Source of the DNA: Patescibacteria group bacterium
GTDB lineage: Bacteria; Patescibacteriota; Minisyncoccia; UBA6257; UBA9933
Reading direction: 5' to 3'
Length of the DNA stretch: 64,000 bases
NCBI GenBank assembly: GCA_038065955.1
Contig: JBBTPY010000001.1
Span: forward strand, 1,890 to 65,889
In this document: positions 19,763 through 29,688 of the stretch, piece after piece
How positions within the stretch are numbered: position 1 is the stretch's first letter
Layout of the letters: each line of letters starts with the position of its first letter
Program-made: the position numbers and the translations under genes
The notes under the pieces: generated by a model
The model's database searches: none
Seen by the model: only the letters and a program-made list of their open reading frames with translations
What the model was told of the DNA's origin: nothing

Positions 19763-20284
19763 TTATTTCTCAATTATTTTTTTCGATTTTTTGTTTGGCT
19801 TGTTTAATAAATATTGTATTCGTTTATCATAATGAATGGCAAATAATATTGCGCGAAGTAGCGGATAATTTTCAGGAATCGTATTCGTAAAAGGATGATA
19901 TTGAGAAAGATAATCTGTTACTTTTTCAATAAATTGAGGGATAGATTGAACCGGAGCCACTTTCCCAAAAAAATCTTTTCTAGGCGGATTAGAACCAACA
20001 ATTACCATCCATTCTACTTTTTTAATGTCAAATTTAAATAATTTATTATAATATTTATTCGCTGTATCAAATTTTCTTTTAAATTTAATCATGCGTTTAT
20101 CCCACGAATCGGCATCCATTGATGTTTCTATATGTAAAAGCGTCAAACTCTGGGGGTGATAAGCAATTACATCCATCTCGCCTTCATATCCTCCACGCGT
20201 TCGCCTACCATACTTAATATTGGTTCTGACAAAATACCCCATATGAGAATACCATTCGGCTGTAAGTTGTTCTAAAAAATTCAT
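19763..20284 (-). CDS. Restriction endonuclease-like (PD-(D/E)XK fold) protein
   Basis: 'LEQLTAEWY..MGYFV', 'GEMDVIAY', 'LLHIETS'. Confidence 0.7.
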   Translation of the reverse strand: MNFLEQLTAEWYSHMGYFVRTNIKYGRRTRGGYEGEMDVIAYHPQSLTLLHIETSMDADSWDKRMIKFKRKFDTANKYYNKLFKFDIKKVEWMVIVGSNPPRKDFFGKVAPVQSIPQFIEKVTDYLSQYHPFTNTIPENYPLLRAILFAIHYDKRIQYLLNKPNKKSKKIIEK

Positions 20285-20340
20285 AAATTTATTTTATCAT
20301 TTTCTTATAATTTTTTGTTGTCCGAGATATAAAAATAAAC

Positions 20341-20576
20341 GCAACAGGCAATTATTCTCTGAAAGATTTGCGTAAGTTGATAACTTCCGCCGGATTATTG
20401 AGCCGCAAAGGAAATATGCTTTCCGTCTCCAATATTCAAATACTTTCCACGTTTTGCGCTCGCAAGCGATTTGTTTTGAACCAAAAAAGTCGTGGAGAAT
20501 TCTTGCCGATTTGCCCGCCGAGGGGCGAAGCCCCGAGGCGGTGAACTCGTATCATACTATCTGGCTCCCCGGGTAG
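20341..20576 (+). pseudogene. Internally deleted large serine recombinase relic at the tRNA-Asn att site
   Basis: ATGNYSLKDLRKLITSAGLLSRKGNMLSVSNIQ (recombinase-domain-like) joined out of frame to FEPKKSWRILADLPAEGRSPEAVNSYHTIWLPG*, ending in the antisense tRNA 3' end. Confidence 0.6.
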
Positions 20577-21059
20577 GATGGTTCGACAAGCTCACCATTT
20601 TTACCTACCCTAAAGACATATCGCCAATCTCACGGCTTTTACTCAGCTTTTTCAATAATTCCTTATCGCTGTTAATTAAAGCTTTCTTTTTTGCGATGGA
20701 CCACTTTTTAATTTGCTTTTCTCGTTTTTCAGCAACTATTCTTTTTTGATATTCCTCTTTATATACAAGCTTTATATCAGAAAACTTTTTAGTGTAAAAA
20801 GATTCTCTTCGTTTATGTTGAGTTAATCGTCTTTCAATATTATCGGTAACACCGACATAAAAAGTTTTCTGGTCGCAAAAAAGAATATACACAGCCCAGG
20901 ACATATCATAATTATATTGTAAAAGCCCTGAGCTTGTCGAAGGGCTCCCCGGGTAGGATGGTTCGACAAGCTCACCATTTTTACCTACCCCAAAGACATA
21001 TCGCCAATCTCTTTTTCTATTCATAATTATATTGTAAAAGCCCTGAGCTTGTCGAAGGG
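20562..21059 (-). mobile_element. Tandem GIY-YIG mini-element (one full unit, one empty unit) at the tRNA-Asn 3' end
   Basis: 69-bp direct repeat 20563-20631/20943-21011 (1 mismatch) and 54-bp direct repeat 20906-20959/21021-21074; three copies of the tRNA 3' end. Confidence 0.8.
20605..20904 (-). CDS. Small GIY-YIG nuclease (UPF0213-like)
   Basis: 'VYILFC...FYVGVTDNIERRLTQH...AEKREKQIKKWS'; 99 aa from ATG 20904. Confidence 0.92.
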   Translation of the reverse strand: MSWAVYILFCDQKTFYVGVTDNIERRLTQHKRRESFYTKKFSDIKLVYKEEYQKRIVAEKREKQIKKWSIAKKKALINSDKELLKKLSKSREIGDMSLG

Positions 21060-21131
21060 CTCCCCGGGTAGGATTCGAACCTACGACCAAGTGCTTAACA
21101 GGCACCTGCGCTACCACTGCGCTACCGGGGA
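21060..21131 (-). tRNA. tRNA-Asn(GTT)
   Basis: Acceptor TCCCCGG/CCGGGGA, anticodon arm GGTGC-CTGTTAA-GCACT, T-loop GTTCGAATC; followed by GCCC, not GCCA. Confidence 0.96.
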
Positions 21132-21235
21132 ATGCTTGCCCCGCATAAAGCTTCGCTTTTGTGCGGAGTTTAATTGTCAATATTCTATCGCTGACAAAAA
21201 TCAGTTTAGCAAAAATCAAAAAAATATGCAATAAA

Positions 21236-21281
21236 ATCAATTTCGGTTATTTCAACGATCGTTGAAATAACCGAAATTGAT
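21236..21281. repeat. Perfect palindrome, MITE-like family (copy 3 of 4)
   Basis: atcaatttcggttatttcaacgatcgttgaaataaccgaaattgat. Confidence 0.92.
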
Positions 21282-21332
21282 AGCGAAAATTTCTTCTGCC
21301 GAACGAAGACCGCAGCGTGTTTCTCTCTTTAC

Positions 21333-21405
21333 CCCGTTAGAAGCAGAATGCCCCGTGGCTTGCCGCGGGAATAAATGCTCTTCTGTTGTTTTAGCTTCTA
21401 ACGGG
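21333..21405. repeat. Nested palindromic element
   Basis: 12-bp IR cccgttagaagc / gcttctaacggg enclosing hairpin cccgtggc-tt-gccgcggg (21352-21369). Confidence 0.7.
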
Positions 21406-21407
21406 AT

Positions 21408-22142
21408 TTATTTAAATAACCCCGTTAAAAACCAAACCGCGGCCAAACCAATCACTATCGCGATATAATGAGTGAATTCCGAACCGCGAATTTTATGGCG
21501 AAGCTCCGGAATTAAATCGGCAACGGCGATATAAATAAACATTCCGGCCGCAAAAGCGATAAATTGCGGCAAAATCGCCGAAGTAAAAGGCAAAAAGAAA
21601 TAACCAATAATTGCGCCTAGAGGCGTAGTCAAGGCGGTAAAAATATTATATAAAATAATTTTATTTTTTTTGTAACCGGCGTGAAGAAGCACTCCAAAAT
21701 CGCCGATTTCCTGCGGCACTTCGTGAAGAAAAACCGCCAATGTGGAAATTATTCCAACTTGAACATTAACGGCAAAACTGAAAGAGATAATCAATCCGTC
21801 AATAAAATTATGAATCACGTCGCCAAAGATTACGCTTTTTGACAAAATTGGAAAATCGCAAACCTCGCGGTCGTGGCAATGATGCCATTTCAAAACTTTT
21901 TCAAACATTAGAAGCGTGAAAATTCCTAAAATGGCAAAGGGAAGAATTTGGTCGTGATTTTTTATTTCCAGCGCCTCCGGCAAAAGGTCAAAAAAGGCCG
22001 CTCCCAAAAGAGCGCCGGCGGCGAAACCGACTAAAATCAAACTGATTTTTTTCGCCAGCTGTTCTTTAAACAATAAAATTATCCCGCCGATTAAAGCGAA
22101 AACGCTGCCTATTAAACTGGCAATGAGAATATAAAAAAACAT
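21408..22142 (-). CDS. ZIP family metal transporter
   Basis: 'FAAGALLG.AFFDLLPE', His loop 'WHHCH', 'HNFIDG', 'HEVPQEIGDF'. Confidence 0.93.
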   Translation of the reverse strand: MFFYILIASLIGSVFALIGGIILLFKEQLAKKISLILVGFAAGALLGAAFFDLLPEALEIKNHDQILPFAILGIFTLLMFEKVLKWHHCHDREVCDFPILSKSVIFGDVIHNFIDGLIISFSFAVNVQVGIISTLAVFLHEVPQEIGDFGVLLHAGYKKNKIILYNIFTALTTPLGAIIGYFFLPFTSAILPQFIAFAAGMFIYIAVADLIPELRHKIRGSEFTHYIAIVIGLAAVWFLTGLFK

Positions 22143-22148
22143 TTTAAT

Positions 22149-23927
22149 TTATCCGATAGAGGCGCGGACGCGGCGAATTCCGGAAGACACCGCCTCTTCT
22201 TTTAAAATTTTAAATCCGCCGATTTCCGAAGTCCGTTCTACATGCGGGCCGCCGCAAAATTCAACGCTTACGGGAGCTTGTTCTGAGTCTGTCGAAGAAC
22301 CGATAAAATACACTTTTACCGCTTCAGGATATTTTGCCTTAAAAAACGCCAAAGCGCCAATTTTTTCCGCCTCGATTTTATTCATTTCTTTACAATAAAC
22401 CGGCAGATTTTCGTTTATTTTCTGATTGACTAAATCCTCGGTTTTTTTTATTTCTTCCGGTGTCATTTTGCGGCTTAAAGAAAAATCAAAGCGCAATCTT
22501 TCTGGATTAATATCCGAACCGGTTTGCCGAACTTCCTTCCCTAAAACTTCACGCAAAGCCCATTGAAGCAAATGAGTGGCAGTATGTAAGCGAATGACTT
22601 TTTTCGCTTCTTCTTCGCTTCCCGCTTTCAATTCGCTGGTGTTTAAAACCAATCCGTGTCCGCCGAATTTTTTCTCCGCTCCGGCGCGAGAAATTTCCTG
22701 ATGTTTTTCAAATTCTTTTTCTAATCCTTCTTTTGTAATCCCTTCAGTTATATTTTTAGGGGCCAGTTCTTTTATTAATTCTGTCGGAAGACCAAAAGTT
22801 TCATAAATCTGAAAAGCTCTTGTTGAATCAATTGAGCCACCAACACGGACAATATTATCAATTTCTTTAATTCCCCTGCCTATCGCTTCCTGAAATTTTT
22901 GGGCTTCATTTTCTAGAACTTCAAGAATTATTTTGGCATTTTTTAATTCCGGATAAATTTCCCCGAATTTTTCTTTAATAATTTCAACGCTTTCCGGAAA
23001 CAAATCCGCGTGGATGTCATATTTAATCCGATAAGCCATAATTCTGCGAAGCAAACGCCTTAAAATATAACCGGCTTCTTTATTTGACGGCCGGACACCG
23101 TCGGCGATTAAAAACGCCGAAGCGCGCAAATGGTCCGCCAAAATTTTTATAATTCTTTTATCCAAAGCCGGCGCTAATTCGCTTATTTTAAAAACCAAAG
23201 GCTTGAATAAATCGGTTTCAAAAACATCGTCCGTTCCCTGAATAATGGAGCATAATCTTTCAAGCCCCATTCCCGTATCAACGCCGGGATTTTCAACTTT
23301 TCTGAACTTTCCGTTTTTTTCTTTATAATATTCGTTAAAAACCAAATTCCAAATCTCCACTCCGTCAACATAAATTTCCGCGCACGGCCCGCACGGTCCT
23401 TCATCGCCGGTCGGCCCCCAGAAATTATCTTCCCTGCCGTTTAAAATAATTTTATCTTTTGAAATACCGATTTCTTCATTCCAGATTTTATAGGATTCTT
23501 CATCCAAAGGAATAGCTTGTCCTGAGCCTGCCGAAGGATCACCTCTGAAAACCGAAACCGTTATTCTTTCGGAGCTGATTCCCAGAATATCAACGATAAA
23601 TTCATAAGCCCAAAAAATCGCCTCTCGCTTGAAATAATCGCCGAAAGAAAAATTGCCGAGCATTTCAAAAAAAGTCAGATGAGTTTTATCGCCTATTTCC
23701 TCAATATCGCTGGTTCGGAAGCATTTTTGAATGGAAACGGTTTTCCGCGAGCCGAAATCTTTCAAGGCGTCAAGTTCGCCGGTGAAATATCTTTTGAATT
23801 GCTGCATGCCGGCCGTCGTCAAAAGCACCGACGGGTCATCGGGAATCAAAGACGAAGAAGAAACGATTTCATGCCCCTTCTTTTCAAAAAAATCTAAAAA
23901 TGATTGGCGAATTTTCTCGGAAGACAT
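22149..23927 (-). CDS. alaS: Alanine--tRNA ligase (short form, no C-Ala domain)
   Basis: 'AGMQQFK', 'FFEMLGNFSFGDYFK', 'DTGMGLER', editing motifs HTATH and CGGPH; two in-frame palindrome inserts. Confidence 0.96.
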   Translation of the reverse strand: MSSEKIRQSFLDFFEKKGHEIVSSSSLIPDDPSVLLTTAGMQQFKRYFTGELDALKDFGSRKTVSIQKCFRTSDIEEIGDKTHLTFFEMLGNFSFGDYFKREAIFWAYEFIVDILGISSERITVSVFRGDPSAGSGQAIPLDEESYKIWNEEIGISKDKIILNGREDNFWGPTGDEGPCGPCAEIYVDGVEIWNLVFNEYYKEKNGKFRKVENPGVDTGMGLERLCSIIQGTDDVFETDLFKPLVFKISELAPALDKRIIKILADHLRASAFLIADGVRPSNKEAGYILRRLLRRIMAYRIKYDIHADLFPESVEIIKEKFGEIYPELKNAKIILEVLENEAQKFQEAIGRGIKEIDNIVRVGGSIDSTRAFQIYETFGLPTELIKELAPKNITEGITKEGLEKEFEKHQEISRAGAEKKFGGHGLVLNTSELKAGSEEEAKKVIRLHTATHLLQWALREVLGKEVRQTGSDINPERLRFDFSLSRKMTPEEIKKTEDLVNQKINENLPVYCKEMNKIEAEKIGALAFFKAKYPEAVKVYFIGSSTDSEQAPVSVEFCGGPHVERTSEIGGFKILKEEAVSSGIRRVRASIG

Positions 23928-23942
23928 TTTTTTAAATATTCT

Positions 23943-25094
23943 TTATCTTATTACCGCTCCCAGTTCTTCCTTGGTTTTTTCTATAATCTTTTCTTGAATT
24001 TTATTAACTTCTTCATTGGTTAAAGTTCTTTCCGGAGAACGATAAACTATTCTAAACGTATAACTTATTTTATCGCCGCCGAATTTTTTCTCATCAACAT
24101 ATTTATCAAGCAATTCAACCTGTTCCACCAGATTTCCCGCGCAATCCCTGACTATTTCGTAATAATTATTCAAACTTGCGCTTTGAACGACAATAAAAGA
24201 AATATCTCGATAAGTCATGGGGAACCTGCTGACTTCCTCATATTGGCTGTCTATATTTTTAAATTGGCCGGTAATTCTTGAATCGTCGGACCAAAAAATT
24301 CTGATGTCAGGGATATTCATTTTGGCCATAGCGATTCTTTCCATGCCGAATCCGAAAGCCCACCCGTTATAAACAGAAGGGTTTATGCCAAGATTGGAAA
24401 GCACTTGAGCGTGAACCACTCCCGCCCCCACTATCTCCAGCCACTTATCTTCTCTTTGTATCTCTATTTGAGTGCTTGGTTCCGTAAAAGGAAAAGTGTC
24501 TTCCAAAAAACGAAACACCACGGAATCTCCATAAATAGCTTTGGTAATAGCCGTTAATATTTCCTGAAGTTCCAAGATGCCGATAATTTTTTTCTCTTTT
24601 TTACAAATATAAAGGCCGTCTATTTGATGAAAAACGGGAAAATGGTTTCTGTCTATTTCATCTTTGCGAAAAACTTTTCCATAACACAGAAGTCCTATTT
24701 CTCCTTCTTTTTCCAATTTTTTTATTTCTTCTTCTTTTTGAAGATAAAAAGGCCACATCACCGTGGTTTGGGTCCTTAAAATATAATCTTTATCAAGGTA
24801 ATAAGTGTCCGTTTCCTTGCGGCTGGGATGGTCCAAGGGAGCGTTCAATAAATCAAAATTATTTCTAACGCTTACAATTTCAGGAACCTCAATAACATCG
24901 AAATCTTTAAACATTTCCATCGCCAAAATTTTATCCACGATAAATTTAAGAGGAGAATTTTCTTTCCGCGTTAAATCAGGAAGAGCCAAAAGTTTTTTTA
25001 TTCTTTGAGCGGTTATGTCGTCTTTTTGCCTTAATCTTTCCAATAATTGTTCACTTACCGCGTCTTTGACAGTTAAGTAATTTCTTTTATTCAT
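23943..25094 (-). CDS. pheS: Single-chain phenylalanine--tRNA ligase (alpha catalytic domain fused to FDX-ACB)
   Basis: 'NFDLL..PLDHPSR..DTYY', 'GKVFRKDEID..HFPVFHQ', 'FPFTEPS', 'GWAFGFG', then 'SRFP...RDISF...YRSPERTLT'. Confidence 0.92.
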   Translation of the reverse strand: MNKRNYLTVKDAVSEQLLERLRQKDDITAQRIKKLLALPDLTRKENSPLKFIVDKILAMEMFKDFDVIEVPEIVSVRNNFDLLNAPLDHPSRKETDTYYLDKDYILRTQTTVMWPFYLQKEEEIKKLEKEGEIGLLCYGKVFRKDEIDRNHFPVFHQIDGLYICKKEKKIIGILELQEILTAITKAIYGDSVVFRFLEDTFPFTEPSTQIEIQREDKWLEIVGAGVVHAQVLSNLGINPSVYNGWAFGFGMERIAMAKMNIPDIRIFWSDDSRITGQFKNIDSQYEEVSRFPMTYRDISFIVVQSASLNNYYEIVRDCAGNLVEQVELLDKYVDEKKFGGDKISYTFRIVYRSPERTLTNEEVNKIQEKIIEKTKEELGAVIR

Positions 25095-25111
25095 AAAAAT
25101 AAAATCATTAA

Positions 25112-26296
25112 TTAGTATTCCTCCAGCGCTTGTGATTTTTCATGTTTCTTGATTTTTTCCAGCGCCTTAGCTTCAATCTGGCGGATGCGTTCCCGCGTAA
25201 CATTGAATTTCTTCCCCACCTCTTCAAGGGTATGAGTAATGCCGTCCGTCAAACCGAATCTTAACCTCAAAATTTCCTGTTCACGGGGAGTTAAATCAAT
25301 CATAATTTCCCCGAGTTTTTCTTTTAATAAAACCTGAGCGACCAGTTGCGAAGAATTAAGACTTTTATCGTCCCGAATAAATTCCGACAGCGTTGATTCT
25401 TCATCATCATTGCCGAGCGGCGTCTCCAATGAAAGCACATCTTGAGAAATTTTTTGAATATGGTGAATTTTATCAACTGTTGTTCCGATTTCAATGGCTA
25501 TCTCATTGGCCAATGGTTCGCGCCCAAGTTCCTGAAACAACCGCTTCTTAACTTGGCTGTATTTGGAAATAGTTTCAATCATATGAACTGGAATTCTGAT
25601 AGTTCGACCTTGGTCCGCCAAAGCCCGAGTTACCGCCTGCCTAATCCACCAAGTAGCGTAAGTTGAAAATTTAAATCCCTTGCGATAATCAAATTTTTCC
25701 ACCGCTTTGGAAAGACCGATGTTCCCTTCCTGAATTAAATCAAGAATGCTTAAATTGGGACTGCGATAAACATAACGTTTGGCAATAGAGACTACTAAGC
25801 GCAAATTGGCAAGCATTAATTGCTGTCTGGCCTCTTCATCTCCTTTTTCCGATCGCTTAGCCAGCTCTTTTTCTCTGTCGCCCGTTAAAAGCGAAGTTTT
25901 CCCGATAGTTTTAAGATACATTTGAACGGCATCCGGAAATTCCGGTTCCATTTTAACGGATTCCCGCAATTCGCGTTCGCTTACTTCGCTTTTCTCCGGC
26001 AATTCTATTAAATGAGAGGTTTCAATAACTTTAATATTGGCATCTTCTAAATTTTTATAAATTCTTTCCAAAAAAACAATGTCTTCCTCAATATTTGGAA
26101 AATAATGTAAAATCTCCGCGTCGGTGACAAAACCGCGCGGCCTTCCTTTTTTTATAAGTTCGTCTATCAGTAATTCGTCAAATTTCGACTTTTTGCTTCG
26201 TTTGATTTTTTTTACCGACTTTTTAATTTTACGAATTTTCGCTTTCTTTCCGGCGGCTTTTTTAAATTTTTTATTATTTTTAATTTTCTTTTTCAT
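25112..26296 (-). CDS. rpoD: RNA polymerase primary sigma factor
   Basis: '[11 protein letters not shown]', '[33 protein letters not shown]', '[18 protein letters not shown]'; follows dnaG. Confidence 0.95.
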   Translation of the reverse strand: MKKKIKNNKKFKKAAGKKAKIRKIKKSVKKIKRSKKSKFDELLIDELIKKGRPRGFVTDAEILHYFPNIEEDIVFLERIYKNLEDANIKVIETSHLIELPEKSEVSERELRESVKMEPEFPDAVQMYLKTIGKTSLLTGDREKELAKRSEKGDEEARQQLMLANLRLVVSIAKRYVYRSPNLSILDLIQEGNIGLSKAVEKFDYRKGFKFSTYATWWIRQAVTRALADQGRTIRIPVHMIETISKYSQVKKRLFQELGREPLANEIAIEIGTTVDKIHHIQKISQDVLSLETPLGNDDEESTLSEFIRDDKSLNSSQLVAQVLLKEKLGEIMIDLTPREQEILRLRFGLTDGITHTLEEVGKKFNVTRERIRQIEAKALEKIKKHEKSQALEEY

Positions 26297-26490
26297 TTTT
26301 TAAATTTTAATTAACAATCACTACAAAAATAATCATTATTTTGATGTTTATTTCCGCATAAACGACAAATTAATTTATAATTAATATATGACGATGCGGC
26401 AGATGAAGAATAATAAATATTTGAATTTATATTTATTGGACAATTTTTATTAAAAGCATTTTTTCTATCTTTATTCCAGTTTCGTCAATG

Positions 26491-28260
26491 TTAATTTTTA
26501 GAATTATGCATTAATTTTGATATTTCGTCAAACTCTTTTAAAATAGAAGCTGTTTTTTCTTCACTGCCTTCGGCCTCGGAGATTTTTATTTCTCTGGCCA
26601 ATTTTTCTTTTTTCTCTTTAAAATATTCTTCTTTTAATCTGTGTAGGAGTTCATTAAATTCGCCGATAATCATTTCCGGTTCTTTATTTTCCGCGCCAAG
26701 CGAAAATTTCAGCGAAATTTGAAATAATAAATCCGCCAAACGCTTATCTTCCAATTTTATTCCGTCAATCAAACTGCGGGCGATTTTCAAATAATTATCA
26801 GGCAAATAATCAAAATAATCCGCGAGCGCGTTTTGTAAATTTTTTTGCGTTGAAGCCAAAGCTAAAATTCTTTGGCAAATTAACTCACGCTTATTTAGCG
26901 GTTGATTAATTGATAAATTAAACGATTTAAATTGAGCGGCCGTAATGGAACGCTGTTCATTAACCGATTTCAACTGCGCCATCTCCTCCACCAAAATATC
27001 TTCTTTAACGCCGGTGATTTCGGAAAGCTTTTTTAACCAGTGAAATTTTTCCACCGCGCTGGTTAAAATTTTAATTTTTGCCAAAACTAATCTAAGATTA
27101 TTTTTTAGTTCGTTAATTTTATTATTTTCCGTTGATTGTTGATTATTTATTAAATTATATCTGTAAAAATAAAACTCCATCGCTTGTTTGGCTTCGCCGA
27201 CTAATTTTCCAATCAAACCCGGCTCTTTCTGAACCGCTTCGGCCGGATCTTTGTATTTATTAATCACTAATACTTTAACGCTGAAATCTTCATTGTGCGC
27301 CAAATCAATGCTTCTTTCCGCGGCTTTTAACCCCGCCTCGTCATTGTCAAAACAAAAAGTTAAAGCGTCCGTCTGCCTGCGCAAAACTTTTAAATGGTCA
27401 TGCGTTAAGGCCGTTCCCGAAGTCGCCGCCGCGTTTTTTACGCCGTCTTGCCAGCAAAGCAAAAAATCCATCTGCCCTTCCACTAAAACGGCGGATTTTA
27501 ATTCGCGAATTGAATTTTTAGTCTTATGAAAACCGTATAAAACTTTTGATTTATTAAATATCAGCGTTTCCGGGCTGTTGACATATTTGCCGGTCTCGCC
27601 GACGTCAAATTCCGGAAGAATCCGGCCGCTAAAGCCGATTGTTTTGCCGAAATGATTATAGAGCGGGAACATTATTCTATTGCGAAATCTATCAATATAG
27701 CCGCCTTTCTCAGTTTTAAAATTCAAACCCGCCCTTTCAATGTCTTTAATGTTATAACCTGATTTTATCAAATAAACGGTTAAATTATCGTAGCCGTTCG
27801 GCGCTAAACCGATTTCAAATTCTTCAATAGTTTCTTTTTTTAAGCCCCGTTCTTTTAAATAATTCAGCGCTTTTTGGTTAACGCTTTCCGTTAGTTGGCG
27901 AATAAAAAAATTTTTAGCCAACTCATTGATTTCATATAAAACGCCGAATTGCTTTTGTTCTTGAAAGCCGACACTCTTTAATTCTATTCCAACTTTCTCG
28001 GCTAAAATTTTTAAGGCTTCGTGAAATTCCAGATTCTCGTATTTCATTAAAAACTTAAAAATATCGCCGCCTTCGGAACACGCCCCAAAACAATGCCAAG
28101 TTTGCCGTTCCGGCGAAACGATAAAAGAAGGCGTTTTTTCCTTGTGAAACGGACAATTTGCCTTGAAATTCTTGCCGGCCGGCAAAAGCGTGATATAGGA
28201 GCGAATAAAATCAACAATATCAATTTTTTCCTTAATTTGTTCAACAGGAGAAGAAACCAT
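26491..28260 (-). CDS. dnaG: DNA primase
   Basis: Zn finger CPFH..CFGAC, 'DRFRNRIMFP', 'KYVNSPET', TOPRIM 'VEGQMD', 'CFDNDEAG'. Confidence 0.97.
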   Translation of the reverse strand: MVSSPVEQIKEKIDIVDFIRSYITLLPAGKNFKANCPFHKEKTPSFIVSPERQTWHCFGACSEGGDIFKFLMKYENLEFHEALKILAEKVGIELKSVGFQEQKQFGVLYEINELAKNFFIRQLTESVNQKALNYLKERGLKKETIEEFEIGLAPNGYDNLTVYLIKSGYNIKDIERAGLNFKTEKGGYIDRFRNRIMFPLYNHFGKTIGFSGRILPEFDVGETGKYVNSPETLIFNKSKVLYGFHKTKNSIRELKSAVLVEGQMDFLLCWQDGVKNAAATSGTALTHDHLKVLRRQTDALTFCFDNDEAGLKAAERSIDLAHNEDFSVKVLVINKYKDPAEAVQKEPGLIGKLVGEAKQAMEFYFYRYNLINNQQSTENNKINELKNNLRLVLAKIKILTSAVEKFHWLKKLSEITGVKEDILVEEMAQLKSVNEQRSITAAQFKSFNLSINQPLNKRELICQRILALASTQKNLQNALADYFDYLPDNYLKIARSLIDGIKLEDKRLADLLFQISLKFSLGAENKEPEMIIGEFNELLHRLKEEYFKEKKEKLAREIKISEAEGSEEKTASILKEFDEISKLMHNSKN

Positions 28261-28377
28261 GGCTTAATTATATAACTTTTTATCAATTTGCCAATAATTT
28301 TTATTTTGGTAAAAGGGCGATGTTTTTATAATCGCTTTATTTTTAAAATTATCGCGATTTATGCTAAAATGTATCGC

Positions 28378-29676
28378 ATGCGCAACAATATCGTTCATAG
28401 CGGGGCGGGAGAGCTTACTTACGAAATAAGAGAAATCGTCAGCATTGCCGAAAAATTTGAAAAACTGGACGTTGAAATTTTCTGGGAAAACATCGGCGAT
28501 CCGGTGGCCAAGGGAGAAAAAATACCTTTATGGATAAAAGAAATAGTCAAAAAAGAAATAGATTCCGACAAAAGTTTCGCTTATTGTCCGACCAAAGGTC
28601 TGCTTGAAACACGCGAATTTCTGGCCAAAAAATGTAATTCCAACGGCGGCGCGAAAATTACGGCCGATGACATTATTTTTTTCAATGGCCTGGGAGACGC
28701 CATTTCCAAAATTTACACTTATTTAAACGCCGAATCGCGAATCATTGGCCCTTCGCCGGCTTATTCCACCCATTCATCCGCCGAAGCGGCCCACGCCGGC
28801 TCGCCACACATCACTTACAATCTCCTGCCCGAAATGAATTGGCTGCCGGACATCAACGATTTAAGAAATAAAGTCCATTACAATCCGGCAATCAGCGGAA
28901 TTTTAATTATCAATCCCGACAACCCGACCGGCATGATTTATCCCCGGCGGGTGCTTCAAGAAATCGTCAAAATCGCCGAAGAACACGATTTATTCATTAT
29001 TTCCGACGAAATTTACGCCAACATCATTTACGGAAGCGAAAAAACCGCCCGGCTTTCTAATATTATCAACGGCGTTCCAGCAATTGCCATGAAAGGCATT
29101 TCCAAAGAACTGCCCTGGCCCGGTAGCCGGTGCGGCTGGATTGAAATTTACAATAAAGACAAAGACGCCGTTTTCGCGCGTTATATTAAAACCCTTCTTG
29201 ACGCCAAAATGCTTGAAGTCTGCTCAACCACTCTTCCCCAATCGGTTATTCCAGAAATTATGTCCGACCCCAGATATGAAAAACATCTCAAAGAAAGAAA
29301 CGACGAATATCGCCGGCGCGCGGAAACCGCTTATAAAATTTTCCAGAGCGTTGACGGCGTTGAAGCGCCAAAGCCTTCGGGGGCTTTTTATATATCGGCT
29401 GTTTTCAAAAACAACGCGCTGAACAACGGCCAAAAACTGAAAATAGAAAATGAAAAAGCGCGGGAATTCGTTGAAAAAATAACGCCCGGTATCCCGCCCG
29501 ACAAACGCTTCGCTTATTATTTGATGGCGGCGAGCGGCATCTGCGTCGTGCCGCTTTCCGGTTTTAATTCCGACCTTTACGGTTTTAGAATGACCCTTCT
29601 TGAACCGGACGAAAAAAAATTCAAATTCATTTTTGAAACCGTGGCGGAAAAAATCAAAGAATACTTAAAAAGCTAA
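28378..29676 (+). CDS. PLP-dependent aminotransferase class I/II
   Basis: 'ENIGDP', 'INPDNPTG', 'SDEIY', 'GISK..PWPGSRCGW'; start set to ATG 28378. Confidence 0.9.
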   Translation: MRNNIVHSGAGELTYEIREIVSIAEKFEKLDVEIFWENIGDPVAKGEKIPLWIKEIVKKEIDSDKSFAYCPTKGLLETREFLAKKCNSNGGAKITADDIIFFNGLGDAISKIYTYLNAESRIIGPSPAYSTHSSAEAAHAGSPHITYNLLPEMNWLPDINDLRNKVHYNPAISGILIINPDNPTGMIYPRRVLQEIVKIAEEHDLFIISDEIYANIIYGSEKTARLSNIINGVPAIAMKGISKELPWPGSRCGWIEIYNKDKDAVFARYIKTLLDAKMLEVCSTTLPQSVIPEIMSDPRYEKHLKERNDEYRRRAETAYKIFQSVDGVEAPKPSGAFYISAVFKNNALNNGQKLKIENEKAREFVEKITPGIPPDKRFAYYLMAASGICVVPLSGFNSDLYGFRMTLLEPDEKKFKFIFETVAEKIKEYLKS

Positions 29677-29688
29677 CATTATGAATAT

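Noticed and set aside
20905-21240. N-terminal 112-aa extension of the GIY-YIG ORF in the track
   Set aside because: It runs through tRNA-Asn and the repeats; the domain starts at ATG 20904
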